Assembly: GCA_963711895.1 (NCBI GenBank)
Contig: CAVQFU010000002.1
Location: 20,021-84,020 of the forward strand
Direction: 5' to 3'
Length of the DNA: 64,000 bases
From: an uncultured Acidobacteriota bacterium
GTDB taxonomy: Bacteria; Actinomycetota; Acidimicrobiia; Spongiisociales; ZC4RG35
How positions within the stretch are numbered: the stretch's first letter is position 1; every line of letters begins with the position of its first letter. Positions 29,270 to 40,239 of the stretch are shown here, piece after piece. The notes under the pieces were generated by a model that was given only the letters and a program-made list of their open reading frames with translations, had not been told where the DNA came from and ran no database searches. The translations under genes and the position numbers were made by a program.

Positions 29270-29809
29270 ATCAGGAACAGCCTCAGGCTCGGGGCAGCCG
29301 CCCTCGCCTTCGTCCTCGCCGGATGTGGGACACCCACCACGACGGTCAGCGACCCGCCCACTATGTCTCCCACCGCGCCGGCGACCGAGACGGAACCGGG
29401 CCCTTTCGACTTCACCGCCCAGACTCTCGAAGGGGAGACCATCGAGGGCGAGTCTCTCAAATACCACGATGTAGTGCTCTGGTTCTGGGCGCCTTGGTGC
29501 CCGATATGCCTGGTCGAGGGCAAGGACCAGGTGGCTCCGGCGTTGGCAGAGCTGCCCGATGGGGTCCAATTCGTGGGAATCGCCGGGCGCTCCGACGACC
29601 TGGCGTCGATGGACGAGTTCGTCGAATGGACCGGCACCGGCGGGGTGACCCACATCTTGGATCTCGACGGGTCGATCTGGGAGGGCTTCGGAGTGCTGTT
29701 GCAGCCGGCGTTCTATTTCGTGAACCATGACGGCACGGCACGCAAGGCGGGCTCGGGTCTCACCACTGCCGATCTCGTGGCCGAGTTCGAGGTCCTCACC
29801 AAAAGCTGA
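29270..29809 (+). CDS. TlpA/redoxin-family lipoprotein
   Basis: Lipobox LAGC, FTAQTLEG, FWAPWCPIC, cis-Pro QP. Start is ambiguous (ATC 29270 or GTG 29198). Confidence 0.85.
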   Translation: MRNSLRLGAAALAFVLAGCGTPTTTVSDPPTMSPTAPATETEPGPFDFTAQTLEGETIEGESLKYHDVVLWFWAPWCPICLVEGKDQVAPALAELPDGVQFVGIAGRSDDLASMDEFVEWTGTGGVTHILDLDGSIWEGFGVLLQPAFYFVNHDGTARKAGSGLTTADLVAEFEVLTKS

Positions 29810-29818
29810 TCCCGTCGG

Positions 29819-30739
29819 CTATTTCCGGTGGGGCATTCCGTCCTCGACGGCATCGACAGTCTCGGGTGACAGAGCCCCAGAATCGCCACTCCCCCGCCGG
29901 TAGACCCAGATCGCCAACCCGGCCACGGCCATCATCACTGCCACCAACAGCGGTGTCCCCCACGACCCGATCGCACCGGTCACAGCCGACTGCCAGCGGG
30001 CCGTTGTCAACAAGACCGGGTTGAGCACCTCGATGCCATGACGGGGCAGGATCTCGGCGAGCCCGAACACCACCACATAGAGCCCGGCGAGGATCATCAA
30101 CGCCCCACCCACCCTCATGATCAGGCCGGTGTTGCTACGCAGCGCCGCTATGACCCCAGAGCCAGCCACCACCGCCAGCAGGGTCACCGCCAACACTGAC
30201 GCCCCCATGCCGACCCCGTAGATGACGAAGGGGAGCACCACCCCCAGCGGGTTGGTAGCCACCAGCGCCTGGGAGACCACGGCCAGGAACAGGCCGATGG
30301 TGCAGCTCAACGAAGCCACAGCGAAACCCGCTCCGTAACCCACCTGAGACCAGAAGGTTGCCCGTGGCGCCGACAACTGCATGCGCAGGCCCGGCCCCCA
30401 AGGCTCGCCCCGGACCACGACCATCACACCCAGCCCGACGAGCAACAGGCCGATGGCCACGGTGACATAGGACACGTAGGGGAGGATCGAGCCCTGGAGG
30501 CTCAGGCTGACCGCGCCAAACAGCAACCCGAGCCCGGTGAACACCACCAGGAAACCCAGGGTCATGGAGAGGGCGAACCCGACGCCTCGTCGCAGCGCCA
30601 CCGGGCGGGCCACCGCCGAATCCGCGCTGCTAGTCACGATCAAGGTGACATAGGCGGGCAACAGGGCGAAACCGCAGGGATTGAATGCGGCCACCGCGCC
30701 TAGAAGCAGGGCATAGGAGGCGGCAGAGGCATCGAGCAT
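29819..30739 (-). CDS. ccdA: CcdA/DsbD-type membrane electron transporter
   Basis: FNPCGFALLPAY and ASLSCTIG Cys motifs, multiple TM helices. Confidence 0.88.
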   Translation of the reverse strand: MLDASAASYALLLGAVAAFNPCGFALLPAYVTLIVTSSADSAVARPVALRRGVGFALSMTLGFLVVFTGLGLLFGAVSLSLQGSILPYVSYVTVAIGLLLVGLGVMVVVRGEPWGPGLRMQLSAPRATFWSQVGYGAGFAVASLSCTIGLFLAVVSQALVATNPLGVVLPFVIYGVGMGASVLAVTLLAVVAGSGVIAALRSNTGLIMRVGGALMILAGLYVVVFGLAEILPRHGIEVLNPVLLTTARWQSAVTGAIGSWGTPLLVAVMMAVAGLAIWVYRRGSGDSGALSPETVDAVEDGMPHRK

Positions 30740-31036
30740 GGCGGGTTCTTCGGGAATCGCAGAGCCTAGGGCATAGGCAGGCTCATCCCTCGGTGTTGAG
30801 CCGGCCCCAACCGGCTAGTGCCGCGCACGCCCATTCCTGTCTAGGTGCCGTTCATTTGGCGCCGTTGATTTCGTCCGACCTGCAACGTGACCAGCTCGTC
30901 AGCCAGATTCGCAAGCGAACCGTCGTGGGGACCAGCACCGAGCAAGATCCGTCCATGGTCAAGGTGGCGCGCCACGTCGTAACAGACTGAGTCGAGAACA
31001 CTATGTTCGCCACCAAATTCGTGAGTGGGAGGAGCA

Positions 31037-31762
31037 ATGAGCTCACCGATCGATCCGGAAGGCAGCGAGGTCACCGTTATCCACGAGTTGGTGGATTTCT
31101 CGGGTGCTGATGTGCTCGAGGTGGGGTGCGGGGATGGGCGTCTGACCTGGCGGTACGCCGAGGAGGCGGCCACGGTGCTCGCCATGGACATGAACGCCGA
31201 GAAGATCGAGCGAGCCAGGGAGGCTACTCCTGCTTCGCTCCGCGCCAAGACGAGTTTTGTGGTGGCGGATATCGGCCAGGTGGAGCTTTCCCCGGACGCC
31301 TACGACGTGGCCATCCTCGCCCACTCTTTGTGATGCATTGAACTGGAGGGCGTGGTCCACGCCCTGAGGCGGATCCATCACTCACTTCGATCGGAGGGGG
31401 TCCTTCTCGACCTTCATCCCCAGCCGGAGCGGGCTGGAGTGGAGGTGTGGCAGGGTGGCCGGGTCGAACCTCTCGGCCACCTCGACCAGGAGGAGGATAT
31501 ACAGGACATCCTCGAGGCTCGGGCCCGACTCGACTCAGTCGAAGGGGACGGCTGGTACGTGACGGAGCGCCGAAGGTTCTTCGACCTGCTCGCTCACTTC
31601 CAGAGTGCAGAGGACTGGCTTGAGTACCAGGCTCGAGAGGGATACAGCGGCGAGGCTCCGGCGGAGTTAATCGCCTCGGCCAGTCGGTTGCTGGCTAGCG
31701 GAGGCGGTGAGTTTGTAGTCCGAGAGCCCATCCGGGTTTCGGTGCTCAGACGCCTTCCTTGA
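31037..31762 (+). CDS. class I SAM-dependent methyltransferase with in-frame TGA (predicted Sec99-Cys100)
   Basis: VLEVGCGDG motif I. YDVAILAHSL-TGA-C-IELEGVVHALRRIHHSLRSEGVLL continues the fold in the same frame, and a SECIS-like hairpin follows. Confidence 0.8.
31347..31365 (+). promoter_or_regulatory. putative bacterial SECIS element
   Basis: agggcgtg-gtc-cacgccct perfect stem with GGUC apex about 20 nt after the TGA. Confidence 0.7.
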
Positions 31763-32078
31763 CCTGGAGGCCATAAGGACGCCCCCCGGGTCTGGAGCTT
31801 CGTCAACTAGTACATCGAAGAAACTGAGAAGAACCTGACTCGGGTATTCGTCTTCGTTGAACACGGAATGGCAGGTCTCGTATTTGACGAAAGCGACGAC
31901 CTCTTTGCCACCGGACGCAATTAGAGGGCTTCGCGAGTCGTCGAGCGCTCTCAGGATTTCCATAGGTGCCCATGGTTCGTCACGCACCCACTTTGCCATC
32001 CAGAAACCGGGTGCACAGCCAGTCTCTCTAAGTTCATTTGACAATGAACGACCTGAAACCCCTGGTCAGAGAGTTGCG

Positions 32079-32150
<72 letters not shown>

Positions 32151-32197
32151 CCGAGGCCGTCGATTGTATCGACGGCTCAGCCCCTACCCTCCGCCCC

Positions 32198-33415
32198 GTG
32201 AAGTACGTCTCGACACGGGGTGAGGCCCCTCCACTCGATTTCAAGGGGGTGTTGCTGGCCGGGCTCGCCTCCGACGGCGGGCTCTATGTACCAGAGGAGA
32301 TCCCCTCGCTGCCCGATGGCTGGATGGATTGGTCATATCAACAGGCGGTCACCGCCACCATGACCCTGTTTGGCGCCGAGCAGGTTGGGCCGATGGTCCT
32401 GCAGGCTGCCGCCAAATTCGCCCGCGAGGAGGTCGCCCCACTGGTCGGTCTCGGTGACCGGTACGTCTACGAGCTGTTCTGGGGCCCGACGCTGTCCTTC
32501 AAGGACCACGCCTTGCAGATCCTCGGGGGCCTGCTCGATCGGGAGGTGACATCCCAGTCCACCATCCTCGGCGCCACCTCGGGAGATACCGGTTCAGCTG
32601 CGATCGAGGCATGTCGGGGCCGGGCCAACCTGAGGATCGTGGTGCTGTACCCCGAGGGATTGATCTCGGATTTCCAGCGGCGCCAGATGACAACTGTCCA
32701 AGACGACAATGTCGTGGCGGTGGCGGTAAAGGGGAACTTCGACGATTGCCAGGCCATGGTCAAGGCGGCCTTCCCCCGCCATGACGGCTTGCTCTCCTTC
32801 AACTCGATCAACTGGGCGCGCGTCGCCGCCCAGGCGGGCTACTACGTGTCTCTGACCGCCAGATTCGACCAACCGATCGATGTCGTGGTTCCTACCGGCA
32901 ACTTCGGCAACGCTCTCTCCTGCTTGGTGGCGAAGCAGATGGGAGCGCCCATAGAGAGAATCGTCATCGCCAACAACGCCAACCGCGGCCTATCCGACCT
33001 GGTCAATACCGGCTCGATGGAACCCGGCCCTGTGATCCCGACGCTGGCCCCGGCGATGGATGTCAGTGTCCCGTCGAACCTGGAGCGATTCACCGGGGAC
33101 CCTTCGCAGGCATTCAAAGCCGGGTATGCCGACGACGAGGAGATAGTCGACACGATCGCCGAGGTGAAACGGCGATATCGCTATCTGCTCGACCCGCACA
33201 CGGCGGCGGCGTGGCACGTCTCGGACTCGGTCGTCGGCGAGAGGCCCGTGGTCGTGGTCTCCACCGCCCATCCAGCCAAATTCGCTGACGCAGTGGAGCG
33301 GGCGGTGGGCCAGCGTCCCAACCCGCCTCCGGGTTTCGAAGACCTGTCCCAGAAACCGGAGCGTCTGATGATCATCGAGCCTGACCATTCAGAGCTCGAC
33401 CCGCTCCTCCGATAA
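32198..33415 (+). CDS. thrC: threonine synthase
   Basis: MKYVSTRG, GPTLSFKD, ATSGDTGSAA, NSINWAR, PTGNFGN, STAHPAKF. Confidence 0.95.
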   Translation: MKYVSTRGEAPPLDFKGVLLAGLASDGGLYVPEEIPSLPDGWMDWSYQQAVTATMTLFGAEQVGPMVLQAAAKFAREEVAPLVGLGDRYVYELFWGPTLSFKDHALQILGGLLDREVTSQSTILGATSGDTGSAAIEACRGRANLRIVVLYPEGLISDFQRRQMTTVQDDNVVAVAVKGNFDDCQAMVKAAFPRHDGLLSFNSINWARVAAQAGYYVSLTARFDQPIDVVVPTGNFGNALSCLVAKQMGAPIERIVIANNANRGLSDLVNTGSMEPGPVIPTLAPAMDVSVPSNLERFTGDPSQAFKAGYADDEEIVDTIAEVKRRYRYLLDPHTAAAWHVSDSVVGERPVVVVSTAHPAKFADAVERAVGQRPNPPPGFEDLSQKPERLMIIEPDHSELDPLLR

Positions 33416-33595
33416 CTACTTCGTCGCTGCTTTGCGCAATCGCGGCGAACCGCTACCATACGGGTAGCCGACAACGCCAAGGGACGTTGCGGCCACCCAC
33501 TCACAGTCCTCATCCGAGGCATGCCACATCATCGTTCTCGATGGTGCGTATCCCGGTCCGTTTGAGCCCGAAAGCGAAGAATCGCGAAGGATCCA

Positions 33596-35092
33596 ATGAC
33601 CACACGAGCTCAACTCCAGAGCAAGTCCATCGACGAGCTGCGACAGATCGCCGATGCAGTAGGTATCGAGACCGACGGTCTCCAGAAATCGAAACTGATC
33701 AGCGCCCTCGTTGACGCCGGTCAGGTCGCCGACCCCTCGCCCGACGAGGAGGTCGACCTTCCTCAGGCCACCCCTCGCACCGAGCGGGTAGGCCAGGACG
33801 GGGAAGTCGACTCCGATCAGAGCTCGGGCGATGAGCCGCGCCCCGAGTCACGTCAGGGCGGGCGGCCCGACTACGACGACCAGCGCCAGGGTGGAAACCG
33901 GAATCGAAACCGGCGTCGCCGCGGAGGTAGCGGTGGCGGTGGCCGTGAGGATGAGTACATCCCCGAGGAGGACCTCGAGACGCGTGAGGGCCTGCTCGAC
34001 ATTCTTCCCGAGGGCTATGGCTTCCTGAGAGTCACCGGGTACCTGTCCGGGGACAAGGACGTCTACGTCTCCGCCAATCAGGTGCGCAAGTTCCGCCTCC
34101 GCAAGGGGGACATCGTCTCCGGCCCGATCCGGCCCCCGCGCTCGAAGGAGAAGTTCGCCGCCGTCGTCCGCATCGACAAGGTCAATGGCATGACCTCCGA
34201 TGAGGCGATGAAGCGACCCAAGTTCGAGTCGCTCACCCCGCTCTTCCCGGACGAGAGACTCCGTCTCGAGATCGACGGGAGGCCCAACGGCATACTCACC
34301 CGGATCGTCGACTTGATTGCGCCGATCGGCAAGGGTCAGCGCGGTTTGATCGTCTCGCCTCCTAAGGCCGGCAAGACGACCGTCCTCCAGGAGATGGCCC
34401 AGGCGATCACCACCAACAACCCCGAGTGCTACCTGATGGTGGTATTGGTCGACGAAAGACCCGAAGAGGTCACCGACATGCAGCGTTCGGTCAAGGGCGA
34501 GGTCATCTATTCGACCTTCGACCGTCCGGCCGAGGAGCACACCCAGGTGTCCGAGCTGGCTTTGGAGAGGGCCAAGCGACTCGTGGAGATGGGCACCGAC
34601 GTCGTGATCCTTCTCGACTCGATCACCCGTCTCGCTCGTGCCCACAACCTGGCCACACCCGCTTCCGGCCGGATCCTGTCCGGTGGTGTCGACTCGCAGG
34701 CCCTTTACCCGCCCAAGCGTTTCTTCGGCGCCGCCCGCAACATCGAGGAGGGGGGCTCGCTCACCATCCTTGGAACCGCCCTCGTCGAGACCGGGTCCAA
34801 GATGGACGAGGTGATCTTCGAGGAGTTCAAGGGCACCGGGAACATGGAGCTCCGTCTCGACCGCAAGCTCGCCGACAAGCGGATCTACCCGGCCATCGAC
34901 ATCGAGGCATCGGGAACAAGGAAGGAAGAGCTTCTGTTCGACCAGAAGGAGCTCGCCCAGGTCTGGAAGCTTCGCAGGGTGCTGCTGGCCCTCGAGTCCG
35001 GAGCCGCCCTCGAGCTTCTCATTGACCGATTGAAGACCACGAAGTCCAACGCCGATTTCCTCGCCGAGGTGGCGAAGAGCAGCGGCGGCTAG
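33596..35092 (+). CDS. rho: transcription termination factor Rho
   Basis: [34 protein letters not shown]. Confidence 0.98.
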   Translation: MTTRAQLQSKSIDELRQIADAVGIETDGLQKSKLISALVDAGQVADPSPDEEVDLPQATPRTERVGQDGEVDSDQSSGDEPRPESRQGGRPDYDDQRQGGNRNRNRRRRGGSGGGGREDEYIPEEDLETREGLLDILPEGYGFLRVTGYLSGDKDVYVSANQVRKFRLRKGDIVSGPIRPPRSKEKFAAVVRIDKVNGMTSDEAMKRPKFESLTPLFPDERLRLEIDGRPNGILTRIVDLIAPIGKGQRGLIVSPPKAGKTTVLQEMAQAITTNNPECYLMVVLVDERPEEVTDMQRSVKGEVIYSTFDRPAEEHTQVSELALERAKRLVEMGTDVVILLDSITRLARAHNLATPASGRILSGGVDSQALYPPKRFFGAARNIEEGGSLTILGTALVETGSKMDEVIFEEFKGTGNMELRLDRKLADKRIYPAIDIEASGTRKEELLFDQKELAQVWKLRRVLLALESGAALELLIDRLKTTKSNADFLAEVAKSSGG

Positions 35093-35105
35093 ATAGGAGC
35101 CAGCG

Positions 35106-35372
35106 GTGAAGACCGACATTCATCCGACATACGCCGAGACGCACGTCACGTGCTCATGTGGCAACACCTTCACAACCCGGAGCACCAAGCCGGGCGAGAT
35201 GCACATCGAGCTTTGCAATGAGTGCCACCCGTTCTTCACCGGCAAGCAGAAGCTCGTCGACAGTGGTGGCCGCGTGGAGCGATTCCAGAAGCGCTACGGA
35301 AAGACCGCCTTCACCAAGGCCGGCGACCCGGTCGAGGCTGACGCAGAGGCGGAAACCGCTGACGCGGAGTGA
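35106..35372 (+). CDS. rpmE: 50S ribosomal protein L31
   Basis: [22 protein letters not shown]. Confidence 0.97.
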   Translation: MKTDIHPTYAETHVTCSCGNTFTTRSTKPGEMHIELCNECHPFFTGKQKLVDSGGRVERFQKRYGKTAFTKAGDPVEADAEAETADAE

Positions 35373-35415
35373 GTCAACAGCTTCCGATTCGGAATCGGGA
35401 GCCTCAGTCCCGCAT

Positions 35416-36414
35416 TTGACGCCCGAGCGCCCCAGTTACCAAGGGCTGACCAGCCCTATCGACCCGGCCAAGACGGTCGGGGGCCAGGCCGTAATCGAAG
35501 GTGTGATGATGCGCGCTCCGGGTGCATGGTCGGTAACGATCCGCAAGCCCGATGACACCATCGTCGCCCAACGTCATGTCCTCGGGCGTCTCGCCGACCG
35601 CAATCGGGCCGCCCGCATCCCGTTCGTGCGTGGCATCGTCGTGCTCTGGGAATCGCTGAGCCTGGGGTTTCGCGCCCTTTCCTGGTCCGCCGAGATGGCG
35701 GCCGGAGACGAGGAAGAGCCGCTCAGTAAGACCCAGATCGGCTGGACCATGGCGCTGGCATTCGCCCTGTTCGCTGGGATCTTCATCGTGCTCCCGGCTC
35801 TCGCGGCGGGCGCGCTGTCGGGCGAATCCGGGATCTTGTTCAACGTCAGCGAGGGGGCCATCCGCCTCGCGCTCTTCATCGGCTACATCTGGGCGATCGG
35901 CAGGTCGAAGGAGATCGGGCGCGTGTTCGAGTATCACGGCGCCGAGCACATGTCTATCCACGCCTACGAGGCAGGGGAGCCGCTCAGTGTCGAATCGGTG
36001 CGTCGCTATCCACCCGAGCACCCCCGTTGCGGCACGAGCTTCCTGCTCATCGTCGTGCTCGGCTCGATCATTCTCTTCTCCTTCTTCGGTCGCCCCGGTT
36101 GGGTCTTCCTGGTCGCCTCGCGCCTGCTCGGCATCCCGATCATCGCCGGGATCGCCTACGAGTTGTTGCGTTGGTCGGGGACCCGGAGCTCCGGTTGGCT
36201 GGCTCGTGCCCTGGCCGCCCCCGGGATCTGGCTGCAGAAGCTGACCACACGTGTGCCCGACGAGTCCCAGATCGAGGTCGCCATCTCGAGCCTGGTGGTC
36301 GCCCTCGACGACGACATGGTCGACGACGTCATCGGCCGCGGCGGGCTGCCTGGCACCGCACTCGAGGTACGCCGCGCCGCATTTGGTCTCACCCCTCCGA
36401 CCGCGGAGGCCTGA
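35416..36414 (+). CDS. DUF1385 membrane protein
   Basis: GGQAVIEGVMM, YHGAEH, HPRCGTSF. Start uncertain. Confidence 0.9.
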   Translation: MTPERPSYQGLTSPIDPAKTVGGQAVIEGVMMRAPGAWSVTIRKPDDTIVAQRHVLGRLADRNRAARIPFVRGIVVLWESLSLGFRALSWSAEMAAGDEEEPLSKTQIGWTMALAFALFAGIFIVLPALAAGALSGESGILFNVSEGAIRLALFIGYIWAIGRSKEIGRVFEYHGAEHMSIHAYEAGEPLSVESVRRYPPEHPRCGTSFLLIVVLGSIILFSFFGRPGWVFLVASRLLGIPIIAGIAYELLRWSGTRSSGWLARALAAPGIWLQKLTTRVPDESQIEVAISSLVVALDDDMVDDVIGRGGLPGTALEVRRAAFGLTPPTAEA

Positions 36415-37472
36415 TGGACGACACGCTCGCGCTGAGGCTCGCCGAGATCGAGTCTGCCTTCGACGAGACCGAGGCGGCGCTGTCCGATCCCGAGACGCTG
36501 TCCAACCCTGCGTTGCTTGCCGAGTTGGGCAAACGTCATGCCGACCTTCGAGACGTGGTAGCCGATATCCGCCAGTTGCGCGGGCTGCGAGCCGATCTCG
36601 AAGACGCCCGCGGCATGGCGGATGACGCGGACATGGCTGATATGGCGCGGGAGCTCGCCGGCGAGATCGACGAGTTAGAAGCGCGGGTCAAGCTCGCCCT
36701 GATCCCGACCGATCCGGCCGACGCCAAGGATGTGATCCTCGAGATCCGATCAGCGGCGGGTGGCGACGAGGCTGCGATCTGGGCGGGGGACCTGCTCCGG
36801 ATGTATGAGCGATACGCCGACCGCATCGGGCTCGAGATCGAGCCGCTCGACAGCTCACCGTCCGAGGCAGGCGGCTACGACAAGGTGACGGTTGCCATCA
36901 AAGGCAAGGGCGCCTACTCGCGAATGAAATACGAGGCGGGCGTGCATCGTGTCCAGAGGGTGCCGAAGACCGAGTCCCAGGGGCGGATCCACACCTCCAC
37001 CGCGACAGTTGCGGTCCTGCCCGAGGTCGAGGAGGTCGACGTCGAGATCGACCCCAACGACTTGAAGGTGGATGTCTACCGGTCGACGGGGCCCGGCGGG
37101 CAGTCGGTGAACACCACCGATTCCGCGGTGCGGCTCACACACCTTCCCACATCTCTCGTCGTCACCGTCCAGGACGAGAAGAGCCAGCTCCAGAACAAGG
37201 AGAAGGCGATGCGGATCCTCAGAGCCAGGCTGTATCAGTTGGAGCTGGAGCGGCAGCAGTCGGAGCTAGCCGGGGCGCGTCGGTCACAGGTCGGCTCGGG
37301 GGGGCGCTCCGAAAAGATCCGTACCTACAACTTCAAGGAGAATCGGGTCACCGACCATCGGATCGGCCTCACCCTGAAGCGTCTCGATCACATCCTCGAG
37401 GGCGACCTCGACGAATTTGTTACCGCCCTCAGCGCCGACGAGCAGGCCACCCGCCTCGCCGAAGGGTCCTGA
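36414..37472 (+). CDS. prfA: peptide chain release factor 1
   Basis: PKT motif, GGQ motif, IRTYNF. Confidence 0.97.
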   Translation: MDDTLALRLAEIESAFDETEAALSDPETLSNPALLAELGKRHADLRDVVADIRQLRGLRADLEDARGMADDADMADMARELAGEIDELEARVKLALIPTDPADAKDVILEIRSAAGGDEAAIWAGDLLRMYERYADRIGLEIEPLDSSPSEAGGYDKVTVAIKGKGAYSRMKYEAGVHRVQRVPKTESQGRIHTSTATVAVLPEVEEVDVEIDPNDLKVDVYRSTGPGGQSVNTTDSAVRLTHLPTSLVVTVQDEKSQLQNKEKAMRILRARLYQLELERQQSELAGARRSQVGSGGRSEKIRTYNFKENRVTDHRIGLTLKRLDHILEGDLDEFVTALSADEQATRLAEGS

Positions 37473-37492
37473 GGGGGGTACCGCGGTTCCCG

Positions 37493-37611
37493 GAACCTCA
37501 GGTTCCCAGGCCCGGATATGAAACGAATCGCCTCAGCTTCGAGTCGGGCCGCGCCGCCGATTGAACCTGAGACGATTCGGCCCGGATGCGGGGCGCAGAA
37601 CCTGAGGTTCG
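37493..37611. repeat. inverted pair of about 50-bp REP-like units between convergent genes
   Basis: 37493-37541 and 37563-37611 are imperfect reverse complements and homologous to 18423-18472. Confidence 0.7.
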
Positions 37612-37622
37612 CACGACGGGTC

Positions 37623-39041
37623 TCAGGTTCGCTGTGGCGCCCCGTCGAGATTGGCGACGCCCTTGCGCTCCATGTTTCCCCAGGTGCGGGTCGCCCTGCC
37701 GCCGATGATGGCGCGGATGCGCCAAACGACAGTTATCTGACGCATGCCGAGGTTCTCGATGAGGGCCATCGTGATGAGGCGGAAGGTGTCCTTCAGCGAG
37801 TTGAAATAGCCGTACGACTCGTCGAGGAGCAGCGCAATCAGTGAGTTGATGAGGCCCACGCCGAAGGCAACGGCGAGGAGGATCACGAGAGATGTCGTGT
37901 TCAGGGCGCCGAGCAGGAACGCCACCACGATGGTGATCCACCCAAGGAACTCGATGACCGGGGCCAGGTACTCGAATAGGAACATGGCAGCCCATGTGAT
38001 CATCCCCACCTTGCCGTACTTGGGGTTGAAGGTCATCGGCATGAAGTCCTTCACCGCGGTCATCAACCCGCGGTGCCACCGGATTCGCTGACGCCGCAGG
38101 ACGCGGAGAGTGTCCGGCACCTCGGTCCAAATCACCGCCGACGGCTCGTACACGATCCGATATGGGATCTCGTTGTCGATGTGATGGCGATGGAGGCGCA
38201 TTGTCAGGTCCATGTCCTCACCCATGTGACCGGTTGTGAAGCCTCCGACGGCGATGACCGCCGATCTCTTCCAAACCCCGAAGGCTCCCGAGACCAGCGG
38301 AAGAGCCTCCATCTGCGACCAAGCGGGGCGGCTCGCGAGAAAGGTGCGCAGGTACTCCAGCACCTGCATCCGGGCGACGAGGCCCTTGGGAACGCCGGCC
38401 TCCACCAGATGACCGAGATGGACCTTGCTCCCGTTGAGGGGCCGGATGTTGCCCCCGACCGCGATCGTTCGCTGGCGGTCTTCCACGACCCGCCGCATGG
38501 CCCCGATCAGACAGTTGGCATCGAGAATCACATCGGCGTCTGTGCACAGGGCATACGGGTAACGAGCGGCGTTGATCCCGGCGTTCAGGGCGTCAGCCCT
38601 CCCAGCGTTCTCCTTGTCGATGACAGTGATGTCGAACGACCCGTGGCCCCGGTAGATGCCCTTGACCTGGACAGTGGCGATGTCCGGCCGATACGGGATA
38701 CGAACTCGCTCGAGATTGAACGCGTTGATCAGGGTCTCCAACGTCCCGTCGGTTGATCCGTCGTTGGTCACCACGATCTCGAATCGCGGATAGCCAACGA
38801 TCGACATCGATCGAACGGAGTCGACGATCCCCGCTTCCTCGTTGTAGGCAGGGATGACGATCGACACCGGTGGGGAGGTCTGGCTGGAGAGCATCTCGGA
38901 TACACGGCCGAATCGATCGAGATGATGGACCCGACGCAGGACCGCCGCCGACCGCAGCCCGAGCCCGATCATGTAAGCCTGCATGAAGATGAAGTAGACG
39001 ACGGTGCCGTAACCCGCCCAGCGCAGGATCTCGAGGATCAC
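37623..39041 (-). CDS. processive GT2 glycosyltransferase
   Basis: PAYNEE, NDGS, DAD, GEDMD, RQRIRW (QxxRW), TM helices. Confidence 0.92.
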   Translation of the reverse strand: MILEILRWAGYGTVVYFIFMQAYMIGLGLRSAAVLRRVHHLDRFGRVSEMLSSQTSPPVSIVIPAYNEEAGIVDSVRSMSIVGYPRFEIVVTNDGSTDGTLETLINAFNLERVRIPYRPDIATVQVKGIYRGHGSFDITVIDKENAGRADALNAGINAARYPYALCTDADVILDANCLIGAMRRVVEDRQRTIAVGGNIRPLNGSKVHLGHLVEAGVPKGLVARMQVLEYLRTFLASRPAWSQMEALPLVSGAFGVWKRSAVIAVGGFTTGHMGEDMDLTMRLHRHHIDNEIPYRIVYEPSAVIWTEVPDTLRVLRRQRIRWHRGLMTAVKDFMPMTFNPKYGKVGMITWAAMFLFEYLAPVIEFLGWITIVVAFLLGALNTTSLVILLAVAFGVGLINSLIALLLDESYGYFNSLKDTFRLITMALIENLGMRQITVVWRIRAIIGGRATRTWGNMERKGVANLDGAPQRT

Positions 39042-40183
39042 GACAGGACCCGACGCTCGGCTCCGACGTGATCGAGGAGCAATCGGTCGCCCTCGGTCGC
39101 CTTGCCGGCGTCGTGTCGCTCGCGAGCAGCTGCTAGTACGCCACAGTCGGCCAGGGCTTCGGCCGCCGCATCCCGCGCGAACGGATCGTCCGACCCGATA
39201 GCCAGCAGCAACAACTCGTCTCCGCCGGGCAGCACAGCCAGCGCGGAGGCGCTGTTGCGACGCACCCACCAGTTGGAATCCTGCAACCCCGATGCCAGGA
39301 CCCGGTTGATCGATGGGTCACCGATGTGACCGAGAGACGTCGCCGACTTGGCCCGGAGTCTCCAGTCCGGAGAGCGGAACGTGTACTTGAGCGGCCTGAT
39401 TGCCAAAGGCCCCCCGACCATCCCCAGAGACTCGATCGCGGCGATTCGGACTTCGGGCTCGGTGGCGACCCGAAGGATGCCGGCGAGGCTGGGGCCTACC
39501 TCGCGGTCGCCGATCACCCCCAGCACCCGAATCGCCTCGACGACGCCATGGATGTGATCGTGCGTGAGGTTGGCTCGGACGTAGGCCACCAGGGGCCACG
39601 TCGCCTTTGTCCCAAAGCCGACCAGGGTGTCGGCAAAGCGGGCCCTGACCCAAGGGGCCTCCAGACCGAACCGCTCGAGGATGGCGTCGATCCCCGGTTC
39701 ATGCTGCATGCGCCCCAGGCCGCGGGCACATTGGATCCTGATCTCCGGCTCCAGGTCGGAGAGATGTGCCATGAGCACCGGCGCCGTCGACTCGTCCCCG
39801 ATCTCGGCGAGCGAAACGGCAGCGCGAAGACGTCTTCCTAGGGGGAACCGGCTGCGCAGCCGAGCCTCCTGACGTCGCGCCAGCCCGACGCCGTCGATGA
39901 TCCCGGCCAGCGTGTCGATCTGCCGGCCGGTTACGACGTTGCGTATGTCGATCACTGCGTCCAGGAATGCATCGTCGTCTACCGCCGAGCCGTCGATTGG
40001 CTCGAGGGTGTCCTTTGCCGCGATGCGGCGGCTTATCAGCGCCACGTAGCGGATATGTCTCTCACGGCGGCGCAAGGCGCGTCGTCGGTTGATGGCCTTC
40101 AACGTCACCAGCCCCAGGAGCATGGCGAAGGCCACGAGCGTGACGACTCCCAGGATCACGAGGCCGATCGTGGTTTCGTTCAT
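39038..40183 (-). CDS. membrane-anchored HEAT-repeat protein
   Basis: N-terminal TM helix and repeated VR..A..SLG.IGD units. Confidence 0.88.
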   Translation of the reverse strand: MNETTIGLVILGVVTLVAFAMLLGLVTLKAINRRRALRRRERHIRYVALISRRIAAKDTLEPIDGSAVDDDAFLDAVIDIRNVVTGRQIDTLAGIIDGVGLARRQEARLRSRFPLGRRLRAAVSLAEIGDESTAPVLMAHLSDLEPEIRIQCARGLGRMQHEPGIDAILERFGLEAPWVRARFADTLVGFGTKATWPLVAYVRANLTHDHIHGVVEAIRVLGVIGDREVGPSLAGILRVATEPEVRIAAIESLGMVGGPLAIRPLKYTFRSPDWRLRAKSATSLGHIGDPSINRVLASGLQDSNWWVRRNSASALAVLPGGDELLLLAIGSDDPFARDAAAEALADCGVLAAARERHDAGKATEGDRLLLDHVGAERRVLS

Positions 40184-40239
40184 GGGACGTACCCAGCCGT
40201 ATAAATCGGCCATAAATCGGCACAGTTGAGCCGGCGTGC

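Noticed and set aside
30996-31009. LexA box (gaac-actat-gttc)
   Set aside because: The spacer is 5 nt rather than 4. TATGTT also recurs upstream of other genes (26695, 52845) and is more likely a -10 hexamer.
31667-32044. 125-aa minus-strand ORF in the islet
   Set aside because: No recognisable motif, and it overlaps the methyltransferase. At best a remnant.
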